Below, piece by piece: positions 21,759 to 34,105 of a stretch of 64,000 bases of DNA; the stretch's first letter is position 1, and each line of letters opens with the position of its first letter. The notes below the pieces were generated by a model. The model ran no database searches. It was not told where the DNA came from and worked only from the letters and a program-made list of their open reading frames with translations. Both the position numbers and the translations under genes were made by a program. Source of the stretch: Octopus bimaculoides (lineage: Eukaryota); the NCBI RefSeq assembly GCF_001194135.2, contig NC_068985.1, positions 77,438,568-77,502,567 on the forward strand, written 5' to 3'.

Positions 21759-23691
21759 GGGTTAAAGTGACCCATGGAAAATTTTCTTTGCTTTCTGGAC
21801 TCGTTATCACTCGTGGTGTTAATTCCGTAGGGTTTTCTTTCGATAGGAGCTGATATCGTTTTCAGTATGTAATCAATCTTGAATATTACTTTTATCAACT
21901 AATATAAATCTAGCTTTCTACACCTTTTCTGTATAGGTCAGTGCGGGTTGAGGCCATTTCGTCTTTTATCTTCATTGTTTGCTTTAACTTCATTTAGGCA
22001 CAGGTTATTCCTATCTCCATGGACACATACATGTATGTCTAACTTCTTCCCAGGCATATTTTTGTTTGCATAATGTAATTTTCCGGAATTCTTTGATAGA
22101 CTGATGGTTTATATCACTGGTTTATATCATCAGTTTCTGTAGTTAACCGATTTAGTTTTCAGATAATATTCTTTGAGAACGGGGCAAAAGAAACTCCCTG
22201 ATCTACGGGCTGCTTTGGACTGAAGTTTTGTTTGGCCGAATGAAAGTAACTGTCCAAAGGCAGCTTTGCCTTAGGCTTGAAATTACTCTTCTCACAGAAA
22301 CATTTGACAGCAGGGCAGAAATTATACTCAACGAAAGATTCAGTGAAAAGGTCTTGTGTAATCCAAACTCTTTAGTTAGATTTTCATATAATACACTAGA
22401 TTTGTAGACGCCGTTTCTTGGTCTTTGAATAACAGTATGATAAACGAGCAATGGCTTACGTTTCAAGCCTCCAGAGGCATTTGTTCCTAATTATAACATG
22501 AGGCAATATTCTAGTGACTTTTTTTGTCATTTGAGATAAAAGTTTTTGAGGGAAAACATTTTTAAAATAGCCTACATTCATCTACACGAGAAACTAGATT
22601 TGTTGGATTATTTCTCCCCTCTTCTCAAATTTTTTTTTGTGTGTGTGTGTGTGTGTGTGTACACAGGCATACATTGGTTTACGTTAGATGACTGGGAAAC
22701 GAATGGTATAGCGTTTTCACCTGAAGCTCACAGTTGAGTGAAACTCGAGTCGCATGACCAACTTTCTTTCAGTTTACTACTACTACTACTACTCAAAACA
22801 AGGTCGTTATTTTCTGCATAGTCAGAAAAATTAGTGTACTGGCGTATTGTATTCCTCGTCGAATGATGGAAATTTCTATGTATTCATCCTGTCAGTTGTC
22901 TGAACATTTTTGCTATTTTAGTTATATATCCATGAATTTTTCTTCGTTGTTTCCCTAGTTTCCAGATCTTGTACAAACTTTTGTGCAATGCAATCAACCC
23001 TATCGGTAGCAGAAGAGTCACCGATCTAGAGCAGTAATACCTCAGAGAACTTGTTTTGAGGGCTTTGCTCTTCGTCATAGCAATCCTAGGACATAAAATT
23101 GGTTATTAGCTCAGTCACCCTCTTTATTTATGTTGGTGGTACCATGTTACAGATACCAAAGACCTACAGCGTGACTGATGAAAACGACTTACAGTTTTTT
23201 TTTCTTTAGCTGTAAGTTTTTTTCTTTTTTAGGTATTTTGCTACGTGTATCCTTCTACAACACATGGCCTATATGCACAGTATTACGATGTGCTGCAGTC
23301 CCAGTGTCGCAATCTGTACAAAATTTGGGTAATTATAATGAATATCTAAAATAGCACCAATGTCTTGATGTCTGGCAGCGGAGATTTTAAGACCATTCGG
23401 CAAAAGCGCATCAGAAGTTCTGCTTTACCTCTTCTCATGCTGCATCTGGTTTATATGTTCCCAACTATAGTTTGCCGCTAATAATAATAATAATAATAAT
23501 AAGGATGATGATGATTGCGTGCGCCAGCTGAACTATTGGAAGAACTGGAAAAACTGAAGACTGTTTTATGGAATATAGAAGCGAGACATGCAGTAATCTG
23601 CAACTGAAACTAATCGCTGCCAAACAATGGTCATTGAAAGCTGTGGAAGTATGTCAGAGCTGGTTTGTTACAGCATAATGCTGAAAGCTCT

Positions 23692-23742
<51 letters not shown>

Positions 23743-24024
23743 CTGTGTATATTTGTTACTAGGTGTTTGCTTTTTAGTCCAGGTTTCACAAGGATCACAG
23801 CCGTTCCATACCCTCTTTTTCTCTCTCAGACCGATAGATGTTAGCAATTGCGAACATGAGTTGCACGTTCTACTTTTGCACAGTTCTTGAGCAGGAGTCA
23901 CAACAGATGAGGACAGCAAGCAGCATCAGACTCCATTGTTCGCTCTGTCACACTTAGTGGGTTCGGTTCGTTTCTCATCCTTAGCCTTTACAACACAACT
24001 GTTAAAAAGCAGCTGTAGTGACAA

Positions 24025-24056
<32 letters not shown>

Positions 24057-24944
24057 CTAGCAGCAACGGCACCTGTAGTAGTAATAGTAGCAGCAGCAAC
24101 TGTGGTTCAGCATCAGCTGTAGTAGTAGTAATGGTGGAGGTGGCGATGCTACTGCTAGGTCGATGGATTAAAAATAAAGAGGAAAGGAAAATGGTTTCTC
24201 TTGATGCTGCTGTGTTACTATCACAGTCAGTCTAAATCCATTTTATTTATTTGCCGAAGTATCTGGAACCACTCGGATACACACGCACTTGTATACGCAT
24301 TCATTGATATCCAGATCACGGGATCTTTTGTCGGGATAAATGAGCTTTAACTAAGCGTAGGATTTTATTAACTTGTGTAGCTTATACACACACACACACA
24401 CACACACATACTGAGTCGTGACGAAACTGGTGAATAACGACGATATAAAATCCCATCTTTTTTTTTTGTTATATTATGTACCAAATTCTCTTTCCTCATG
24501 TTTCTGTGTGCGTGGATCTATTTATCAATCTGCCTGTCGTTAGATAGACAAATGTTTATCGTTAGACAGTTGAGGCGAAACTCAGAGTAACGAATGTAAA
24601 ATTTTTCTTTTTGATTGTTATTCCTAATACCACATTATGCATTTTCTCATATAAGATTGTGTGTGTACGTGCGCATATGTTCTACAAGCTGACGCTTATT
24701 ATATATATTATATTAACTATTTACACATGGATGATGAATTCCAGTTGGGATAAGGATTAGGGGCAAGATTTTGTTTATTTACTTATTTAAGTATCTTCCT
24801 TTCTCTCTCTGTCTCTATCATGTCTACTCAGAAATGTTGACTCTCTGTCAGGTTACATTTATTTTGTTATATAGAATTTTTTTTTTTTTACTCTTATTTA
24901 TGTGACACTCTTCTTATCCAATAACATTGTCACCAATTGTATTG

Positions 24945-25155
24945 ACATGCTAACAAGAGTGTCTGAACATGGTCTATCGACTTGTTAGAAATAGCAGTCA
25001 AATCTCTTTCTAATAACACCCTATCGCCTTGAAGAAGAAAACTCGTTGGATAATGTGATTCTGAGTTCCCTAAACGTCAGAAAAAACGGGATAGTTGCAG
25101 CTGGAATATTTTTGATTGTAGGTTTACTCAATCGTGGTTGGCCTGGTGCTAAATA
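24945..25155 (+). repeat. Abundant unclassified short interspersed repeat
   Basis: cgacttgttagaaatagcagtcaaatctc..acacccta..ggcctggtgctaaataagacgac. Related pieces at about 6680-6735, 11060-11130, 25370-25540, 51440-51560, 59620-59700 and 61600-61680. Confidence 0.6.
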
Positions 25156-25923
25156 AGACGACGTACAATGAACGAAGGAACCTCTACGAGGTCGCTTGAC
25201 TTGCTAAAAGCAGCAGCCAGAGACAAAACACTTTCAAATCATATCCTATTCCTTTTTGAAAATAAAAGGGACATATTGGATACATGCTTAAAAAAAAACG
25301 GAATGGTCATGTCTGGGACGTTTTTGTTCACATGTCTTGCTTCATCAACAGTAACAACAAAATAACTTTGTCTCTCATTGTTTAGCTTCAGGCCAGATCA
25401 AACGCATTTCAGCAATAACGATTTCCATCAAGAACGACATTATCTAAAATATGTTCTTGTTCCCTTCCTCCGCAAATCATTGAGGGTATGTTCAAGAAAA
25501 TTTGGTTGCTAATTCTAGCTTGTCGAGCGGACACAGAAATTCTTTCGGGTAGTTGTTATATAGTGGTGGTGATGGTTGTGTTGATGTGATGTCAACTAAA
25601 ATGTCATGTATTGAGATGGAGGGAGATAATCACACGCTCTGCTTCTTTCCTCTGCTACTCTCAGTTTTTTCTGTGTCTTCCCTTTTCTCTTCTTTAATGA
25701 TTAATCTCTTTTCTCTCTCAATATTTTATTATTATTATTCTTATCGATGTTCGATTAAGCAGATTGAAATCAAATCGTTTATCTGGATAGTCAACATTTT
25801 GTAATGATTTCTCCTTCACTCTCTTCGGTGTATCTATGATGAGAGGGATCGAACACATCTCTTTCACACGCAGTATGTATCGTCCCCCCCCCCACTACTT
25901 CTCTCTCTGTGTATGTATGTATG

Positions 25924-25965
<42 letters not shown>

Positions 25966-26539
25966 CATGCATGCGCGCGCACACATATATGTAAGAAAAT
26001 GAGATGTTAAAGGAATAAACAATCATCTTATGAACTTCATTAGCTTACAGCTGTTTCTGCTATAAGATGCTGTGAACTCATATTTGAGTGCCTGAGTAAC
26101 ACCTTTTTATGTAAGGCCTTAAGAGTTAAAGATTAAAAAGAAAAGGGAACAAAAACGACTGCGCAAACGATGAGGATGTTTATTTTTACCGATAGCTTTA
26201 CAATTTTGCCACCAAACTTTCAAAACTCCAGTTGTGTATAGGGGAAAAAACAAAAAGGCAAAAAACTATATGTATAGAAGAGATATTTATTTATCTGTAT
26301 CACAAACACATGTCCGCCAGTGTTTGCATATAGCACCACCATATATATATATATCCACTGGCATGTAGAAGAAAGCTGTGAAATGACAAGTTACGTGTGC
26401 ATGACTACGCCATAAATCCGACAGCTATCTTAGTTTTTAAGGAAACGATAAATTTTTAAGCATTTTCTCTTTCGGCTGATTGAGACGACTGACAGTTCTC
26501 GTGTGCGTATTTCTAGTGTTAAAGATTATTATTATAATA

Positions 26540-26985
26540 TTGGGGTCGTTGTAATTGACTAGTCCTCTTCCCCAAAACTTCAGGTTTTGTGCCTTTAGTA
26601 AAACAGATTATTATTACTGGCGAGCTGGCAGAATCGTGAGCGCACCCAGGCAAAATGCTTAGCGGCATTTCGTCCGTCTTTACGTTCTGAATTCAAATCG
26701 ACTTTACCTTTCATCCTTCCGGGGTCGATAAAATAAGTATCAGATAAACCCTGGGGTCGATGTAATCAACTTAACCCCAGCCCAAAATTACTGGCCCTGT
26801 GCCAAAATTTTAAACCATTATTATTATTATTATTATTATTATTTAGTAGAGGCTCAGCTTTGCTTTTCACCTTCTCGGTATCGATAAAATAAAGTATCAG
26901 TGAAATAATACTGGATCGATATAATTGACTATTTTCTCGGCCAACTCAAATTTCTGGTCTTGTGCCTATGTTAGAAATAATTTTT
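26540..26985 (+). mobile_element. Tandem family B SINE copies (one near full-length at about 26618-26843 with a (TTA)n tail)
   Basis: ggcgagctggcagaatcgtgagcgcacccaggcaaaatgcttagcggcatttcgtccgtctttacgttctgaattcaaa, flanked by partial copies. Confidence 0.85.
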
Positions 26986-29900
26986 CAGCGTCACTTTACT
27001 CAGTAAAGAATAACGGTTTCAAACATCGGTGCAAGAAACAAAAAAAAAAAAGAAAAAGAAAAAAGAACCATTTTCAGGAGTGGTGTATAGTCGATTAAAT
27101 TGACATCATTGTGTATTTTTATTTTATCTGTCTCTGGGGCGTAACTAAAATATCGTTAGGTATTTTATGTAATAATGTCTGAAACCTGCATATAACATAC
27201 CAGCAACATTATAGAATAATATATATATATATATATATATATAGTTGCCACTCATTGAATGTATACTGTTTCAGTGACTGAATCTTTCTTCTCTATCCTC
27301 CTTACCGACGCTATCATGTTGATTAATGATAGTGACAGTCACATCAATTCATCTTGTAATAATTACATCCGGGATTGTTTGATTAATATTCTTAGCAAAA
27401 TTAAGCCGTTCATTTGTTTGCCGATTTCTGATGGAAATAGTTATGGAAGCGAATAGATGGACGACAAATGGATAAGACAACTGGTATTTCTTTTGTAGGG
27501 GTGGTTATTGTAGTAGTGGTGATGTAGTAGTAGTTGTAAAGATGATAATTGTGTGATAATATGGCCACTGTCTTCACTCTGTAGTAAAATATATAGTAAC
27601 CAACCCGTATCAATAGATAAGGGTTGCAGTGGAAGGAGGAGGAGGAACAGTGAAGAATGGAAGGGAATGAAGTAGTGTACATTTGTGTGTGTATGTAATG
27701 ATTGTAGATATTGTAGTAATTTGAGAACAGAGAGAGAGAGAAAGAGAGAGAGCTAGCTAGCTAGCTTGTGTCTGTTTTGGAGAGAGAGAGAGAGGGAGGC
27801 AGCAGAGTGGATAAAATATCGAACTAGGTAGATCGGTAGGTAGGTAGGTGGGTACGGAAATAGAGTAGGAAAAGAGAGAATGGAAGACGGAAATGGTTGG
27901 GAGGGAGAGACAGACAGAGAGAGAGGATGCGTCTGTGTTGAGTGAAATGATAGACTTATCCTTACAATAAGATTGTAAGAGAGTGACAATAATGTTCCGA
28001 GCATCGTCGTTTGTAATTGAACAATTACAAATGAGTAAATTGATAAACTGTATTCTCCCTCCCTCCCTCTCTCTCCCTTATAAAATATCTCATTTATTCT
28101 TCATTTTATTTTAGTGTTGCCATTGAAGTTTCCATGGATGTACTTCTTCCTTCAGAATGTTTCTTTTTTTTTTTTTCTTGATTTTCTTTTCTTTTGCGCT
28201 CCTCGTTCCCTCTTTCCTAATCACCTTTTTCTTTCTAGATTCTTTATAGTTTTCTTTCATATATCGATGTCACTGTTTATCATCATCTCTAATTCTCTAC
28301 TCTCCCTCTCTGGTATCAACTCTCCTTCTATAACATATGTATTTCTCTATCATCGTCTCGCTCTTCCTTCTGTCTCGCTTCTCCAACTTAACCTACCTAC
28401 CTTGCTATCGTCCTGTCTGAAGAAATTTCATTGTAGCCCCCCCCCCTCCTCTCTTTCAAACCTTTATATATTCTAGTAGAAGCTGCTGCATTCTTTATAT
28501 GTCTTCAATGAGAGAATGAATATTGGAGATGTGTGCGTTTATCATGCATAATGTATCTGTGTGTAGTATTACATTTTTAACGTATGTTTTTGCGAATATG
28601 TGCGTGCAGTTAGGTGTTTTTAGTGTAGAATATCTGTGCGTGGGAGTGCGTGTATTTAACGTAGTTAATTTGAGTGGGTTGTATACAAATGTAGTGTGTG
28701 TTTGTGGCAAATCCCACTTTGTATGTGACATGATTTGTGTATCTGTATGCATATTGTGTAGTTAATGCTTGCATACTAGGTGCACGTATAAAGTAGTACT
28801 TGTTGTTAATCGAGCAGATCTACGTTCAAAAGCGTTCCCTCCATGAGCATCCTTTATATTTTTATTCTCCCCCCACCCCCAATCATGAGCCAGGGCCGAT
28901 TGTGATGTCTTATAAAACAAAACTGCTCATCCTTCAATTATTGCAGGAAAAAGGAGAGGGAGAAGGTTGATTGTTGAGGTGGGAGTCTGTTGGGCTTCGA
29001 TATATAGATAAATAAATAAATGGAACGTCCTTGTCTTCCTGTTTGTGGTAAATTTTCTAATCGAACCACGTTACATTGGTGCATTCTGTTCTCTATTGAT
29101 TTACTCTTGTCTCTTGTGTTATCGCCCCCATGCATATGTGAGTGTGTATCTACACTAGTACACATTTTCTAATAAGCATCTCTTATTTATCTGTTGACAT
29201 AGCTGAATACATAGGTATCGTCCTTCGTTTCCTTGTCTCTCTATCTGCACGTTCGTGTCCACATGACTATCTCTATATGTTTACATGTCTACCTAATTAA
29301 CATAAATCTGTTTATCAGTCTCTATATCAAGGTTATAATGATCATTCATACTATCATAACTTATAAAGGTTTACGAATTGTCTTGCCGTGTACCAGCTAG
29401 CTGTTGAAAATAGATGACATACGATCTGGGAATTTTACCTGTAGAAATTCAAGTTTCTATATAAAAGCTCATTGTGTGTGTGTATGGATGTGTGTTCATT
29501 TACATATATTTCTAGAAAATATGTCAAACTTTAGTGACCTCTAATGAGGGCCTTTGTAAGAATTGTATCTGAAATGAATTTTTGCTATTTGGTGAGTTTT
29601 AATGCTCACACTGGAAACCAATACAGATTGTAAACTTGACTTTCCTATGAATTTAACGTTTATTAAAATTATAGTGGTCATCATATTAAGGAAATACGCA
29701 CTTGCACTATATATTAGTGTTTTAGTGGTTGTGGGCAACGATACAAAATAGATTCCTGGACATGTGTAGTGCTGATATTTTACTAGTTTACTGTTTCTCA
29801 AACTTCTGAATGGTTATCAATTAAGTGGGTGGTTAAGTTACCATCCAGTTTGACTGAGAGCTGGTTCAGTTTTATTCTGATTGTGCAAAGACAGACAAAT

Positions 29901-30350
29901 GTTTGTAAACATATTTAGTGAGAATGTGATTTTAAGCTGGAAAAGACAAAAGAATCAGAAGACATACGCACGTGCACACATTCTCATTCACTTTTTATGG
30001 ATTGTTTAAAGAAGTATGATGCCATCATGGTTAAGGAACATGGACTGTGGATACAGAAAGCCTGGCAGAAAATGTCAAAGAATGGATTTAAAAAAAAAAT
30101 CACCTGTTTGACATGCCGTGTACTGAGCAAATTTAGTTGTAAAAGTAGATGTGCATTAAAGAAGCTCGTCGAAACGCCGGTGTTAAAACGTGGGTGGCTG
30201 ATGAAGGAGAATGTTCTCTATGTGGCTCGTGTGTTCTCGTCTACGTTTGTTTGCAATGTCCTGTACCCAGATATGCACCTATACATACAGGTGGATGTCG
30301 GTATGCACATACCTGTACGTATATATGCATATACTCATTTACTATTTGTT

Positions 30351-30382
<32 letters not shown>

Positions 30383-30452
30383 ATATAATGTATGATGTAA
30401 TTTTAGACGTAATATTTACGGATTTGTATGATGTGTGTGCGAGAAAGAGGGA

Positions 30453-30493
<41 letters not shown>

Positions 30494-32147
30494 TATATAT
30501 ACACACACACACAAGTCATTTGAGAGTGTCACTTGTGATAGATCTGCATCCAGTCCATTTGGAAATGATCAGTCATCTACTTAATCACATCAAACTAGAG
30601 CTAATAACTCTTTGGAGTCACTTAGAGAATTTAGGTAATATTTATTTGTATTACCTTCTAGAACTGACTTTCACTATCAACTTCACCTTGAATGACTCAT
30701 ATTTATATCTCTTCACTTGTTTTAAGTCCATTTTCCCCCATGCTAGCATGGGTTTGGCAAATACATCCCTGATGAATTATTTTGCAGTCACATGCCCTTT
30801 TTGTTGTTAACTCTTACCAGTTTTCAAGTAAGGCATCTCTTATTTCTGTTTACTATAGTTCGTTCTGAGTTTAGAGGGACAATACTAATATCCTGTACAA
30901 CTGATAAGGTTGTGGTTTCTCTCAGTTCAATGTATGATTGTTGTCATAGCCATCCAGTAATGGCATTCTTTGCAAGAATACCAGGCATGCAATGCATACT
31001 CAAGATATATAAATGCATGCCTAAAATATATGAATGCATGCAATGTTAAAGATACACAACTGTGTGCAATGTATGCATAAGGCATGCAAATGCATGTAAT
31101 GTATGTCTAAGGCATACAAATTCATGCACATAATTCTTATTTTAATGTCTTCCATTTGTATGTGAGTGAGCTGAAACGAGGGTAGATATGTATGTATATT
31201 CAATTTTAATTTTGTGGTTTTGATATTAAAAAATTTTTTTTAATTATATGCTCATGATTAAGTACCAGGAGTTGTCTCTGCCATCTAGTTATTGTTGTGA
31301 GGTATATTATTCTGAGGTTTAGGAGATTTTGCTGATAAGCAACCATATAGAAGTTCCTTTATATTGGTGAAATTGTACTTGGACACTTTCAGACAATATT
31401 TTAGAGAGAAGTCTGTTGGTTACTGATGTTTGTTGCACATTCTCCAAATTGCTCTCTTCCAAATACCAATGCATGAGAACGTTAGATTTATCAGTGAACT
31501 CAAATGTTATGGAAGGATTTTCTTTTCCTTCTTTTCTTTTTGTAGACAAATCAGTTTTTCTCTGTTCATTAAACTCTCCAGATTCATTCTCAAGGCAGCT
31601 GTTTGTCTCCAAAATTATATTAAGCTAATCTGATAAGAGACAAATCTCTTCTTCCACCCTGCTCCATAGAATTGCAGCCTGTCACAAGAACAGTATGATA
31701 ACTAATCTTCAGCTAGTGTATGAAAAGCTAGCTTAGATGGTTAAAGTTTCATGCTAATAATAAAGTATAAAATAATGTAATGGATATGAACTTGAGATTC
31801 ATTAGCTGGTAACATGATACTTTGCCCATTTATCCAATTACTGATTCATGGTCGCAATCTAAAGGTGAGTAGTCTTACCTCTTGTATGCTATATGAGAAG
31901 ATCCACAATTTTTAGTTATAAAGTGTGTAAGGTTTTTCACTCTCCACTCTCCTAGGTTGTTTAGGTAAGTAGTAGTAGTAGAGTAATATATATGCTTTTA
32001 TTTTCAATTTCACTCTCCAGTGGTGGTAAAAGCAAGGTCATTGACCTAAATTGGCACTTACCCTTTTACAATGTTTACCACTGCTTACAGTGGTGAGTCA
32101 TTCCATCCTGTGATGTCCATTTACAACTAGTTGAAAGGGGTTATAAG

Positions 32148-32300
32148 GGAAGGCACATAGCTGAGTGGTTTGGCTGCTGTGCTCTTCTCATGATAAGGTG
32201 TGGGTTTGATTGCTTGCTCAAGGATACAATGGACCTCCATGTATCCTTGAGCAAGGCACTTCATTTCACGTTGTTCTAGTCAACTTTACTGAAAATAAGT
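32148..32300 (+). mobile_element. tRNA-derived SINE with CORE-like segment and an internal inverted duplication
   Basis: ggcacatagctgagtggtt..gggtttgatt..ccttgagcaaggcacttcatttcacgttg. Confidence 0.65.
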
Positions 32301-32666
32301 TGCATCTACTATAGAGTGGTATCTTGCAGATTATTAGCTTCTAATCTTGTAAATGCTGAAATGTCAACAGCTTTTGATGGTTGTAACACATTGGTTGGTG
32401 ATGAATTTGGCTGTTAAGAGTGGCCTGGTTGTGGCCACTCTTAACAGTCACAAAAATAGCACCAGTCATAAAATATGAATTCTTCTTTTAACTTAGAGAG
32501 ATAACCAGCTTACTATCACCAATAGTATTGTATTTGTTATTGTTTAGTATGCTTGTTGTTTGGCCTTAATATAATACTGATCCAAATAGACTTGTGATCA
32601 AAAGCATTCTAACCATTTTCAGGCCCATTATATCCATGATTATGTTATCAGACATGTTTCTCCTCA

Positions 32667-32860
32667 TTCAACCCATTTTGTTACCATGTTTTTGATGGAG
32701 AACATTGGACTTAATTTCAATTAATTTTGAAAATTAATAATTTGGTAAAATAACTATAGTGGTGTTTGAATCATAAATTAACATGGAATTTTGATGGAGG
32801 ATTTTAGTTTGGATCACTTTAAGATAGGATGTTTATCATAAAAGCAGGGGTGGTCTTGGA
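32667..32860. mobile_element. Degenerate piggyBac-like MITE, same family as the 49.36 and 57.8 kb pieces
   Basis: Shared internal gtgtttgaa.cataaattaacat.gaaattttgatg; decayed termini. Confidence 0.45.
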
Positions 32861-33774
32861 CAAGAGATTTAATTGCTGTGTGTTGAAGGTTGAGTGACTC
32901 TATAGAAGTACTCTTGTAGCTTGTCTGCTGGTAAGTTCTGGTAGTTGCTACAGCAAAGGTTATCGTGGAGAACTTGGTTGGATTGTGTGACAGATACAGA
33001 TACCCTCTGTATTTTGAACCTGGTGTTGTCTAAACATCTCCCTCCCACACCTAGCCTCGATTCTTTTTTATATTTCTTGTTCATGCCTTTTTTTTCCTTT
33101 CTACATAAGTAAATTGGCAGTGTCCCAGCATGACCACAGACCTTGAGTTGAAGCTAGTAAAAATAAAATTATTGTAAGTTTTTTTTTAAATTTAAAGAAA
33201 TTTACTTTTAGCAAGTTGCTTTTCCAAATAAGCAAAGTAGTAAGAAATACAGTAATATAAAGATTTTGGGGTCATCTTTGTACAAGTCAGCACTGGTTAT
33301 TGTTTGAATAGAGTGCTGTATTTGATAAATTACCTTCAGTAATAACTTGAGACATTTATGTGCTTCAATGACCATCAGAGAATAAGATTTTATAATTGAG
33401 AATGTGAAGAAAGTATAAAGAATCTCCTGTAATTGTGTTTGGCATTAATGGAAGGTAGCAGGAGTGAATATAGACAAAAAAAAATCTTTGAAAACAAAAG
33501 GAAATGTTTGTTGATTTTTAACCCTATGCCAGCTCTGCATGAGCAGAACAATGATCAAGGTCATTCAAACCATGACTTTTCCTTTATCCCACCATTTTTT
33601 CAAGATGGTAGAATGGTTTGGAAGGCTGCTGTTTTTAGCAGGCCAAGCAACTATGTAGAGGCTTCCTCATTTGTTTATGGTGCAAGAAACAGTAGTGAGT
33701 GCAGTACTGTACATGGTGTGTGTGTGTGTGTGTGTCTTTTCTGTAGCGAGAATAAACTCTTCTCTTAAGTTATT

Positions 33775-34105
33775 TTTATCTTTACTTGTTTCAGTCATTT
33801 GACTGTGGCCATGCTGGGACATCACCATGAAAAACTTTTAGTTGAATGAATTGACCCCAGTACTTATTTTGCTTTGAGCCTGGCACTTATTCATGGTCTC
33901 TTTTACCGAACTGCTAAATTATCCTGGCATAAACACACCAATACTGGTTGCCAAATGATGGTTGGGGATAAACAAACACATGCACACACAACTGGTTTCT
34001 TTTAGTTTCCGTCTACCAAATCTACTCACAAGGCTTTGTTTGGCCCGAGGCAATAGAAGACACTTGCCCAAGGTGCTACACAGTGCGACTGAACCTGGAA
34101 CATGT
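33775..34105 (-). mobile_element. Family A SINE
   Basis: tttacttgtttcagtcatttgactgtggccatgctg..ataaacacacc..gtttccgtctaccaaatctactcacaaggcttt..gactgaacctgg. Confidence 0.85.

Noticed and set aside
23041-23085. 45-nt minus-strand exon-like segment DCYDEEQSPQNKFSE
   Set aside because: The splice signals are plausible but there are no partner exons; this is expected by chance in 64 kb.
23929-24231. About 100-codon minus-strand frame with a poly-Leu signal-peptide-like stretch
   Set aside because: No ATG, and (CTA)n repeats are stop-free in all frames, so openness is expected.
24411-24432. CTGAGTCGTGACGAAACTGGTG near-hammerhead
   Set aside because: It lacks TGA of the core, has GUG at the cleavage site and has no stem I.
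29997-30395. 132-aa ORF starting MDCLKKYDAI
   Set aside because: It runs through a repeat remnant into (AT)n, with no domain or splice support.
31806-31864. 59-nt exon-like segment ending AAG|GTGAGT
   Set aside because: Strong donor but weak acceptor and no homology; unsupported without RNA data.
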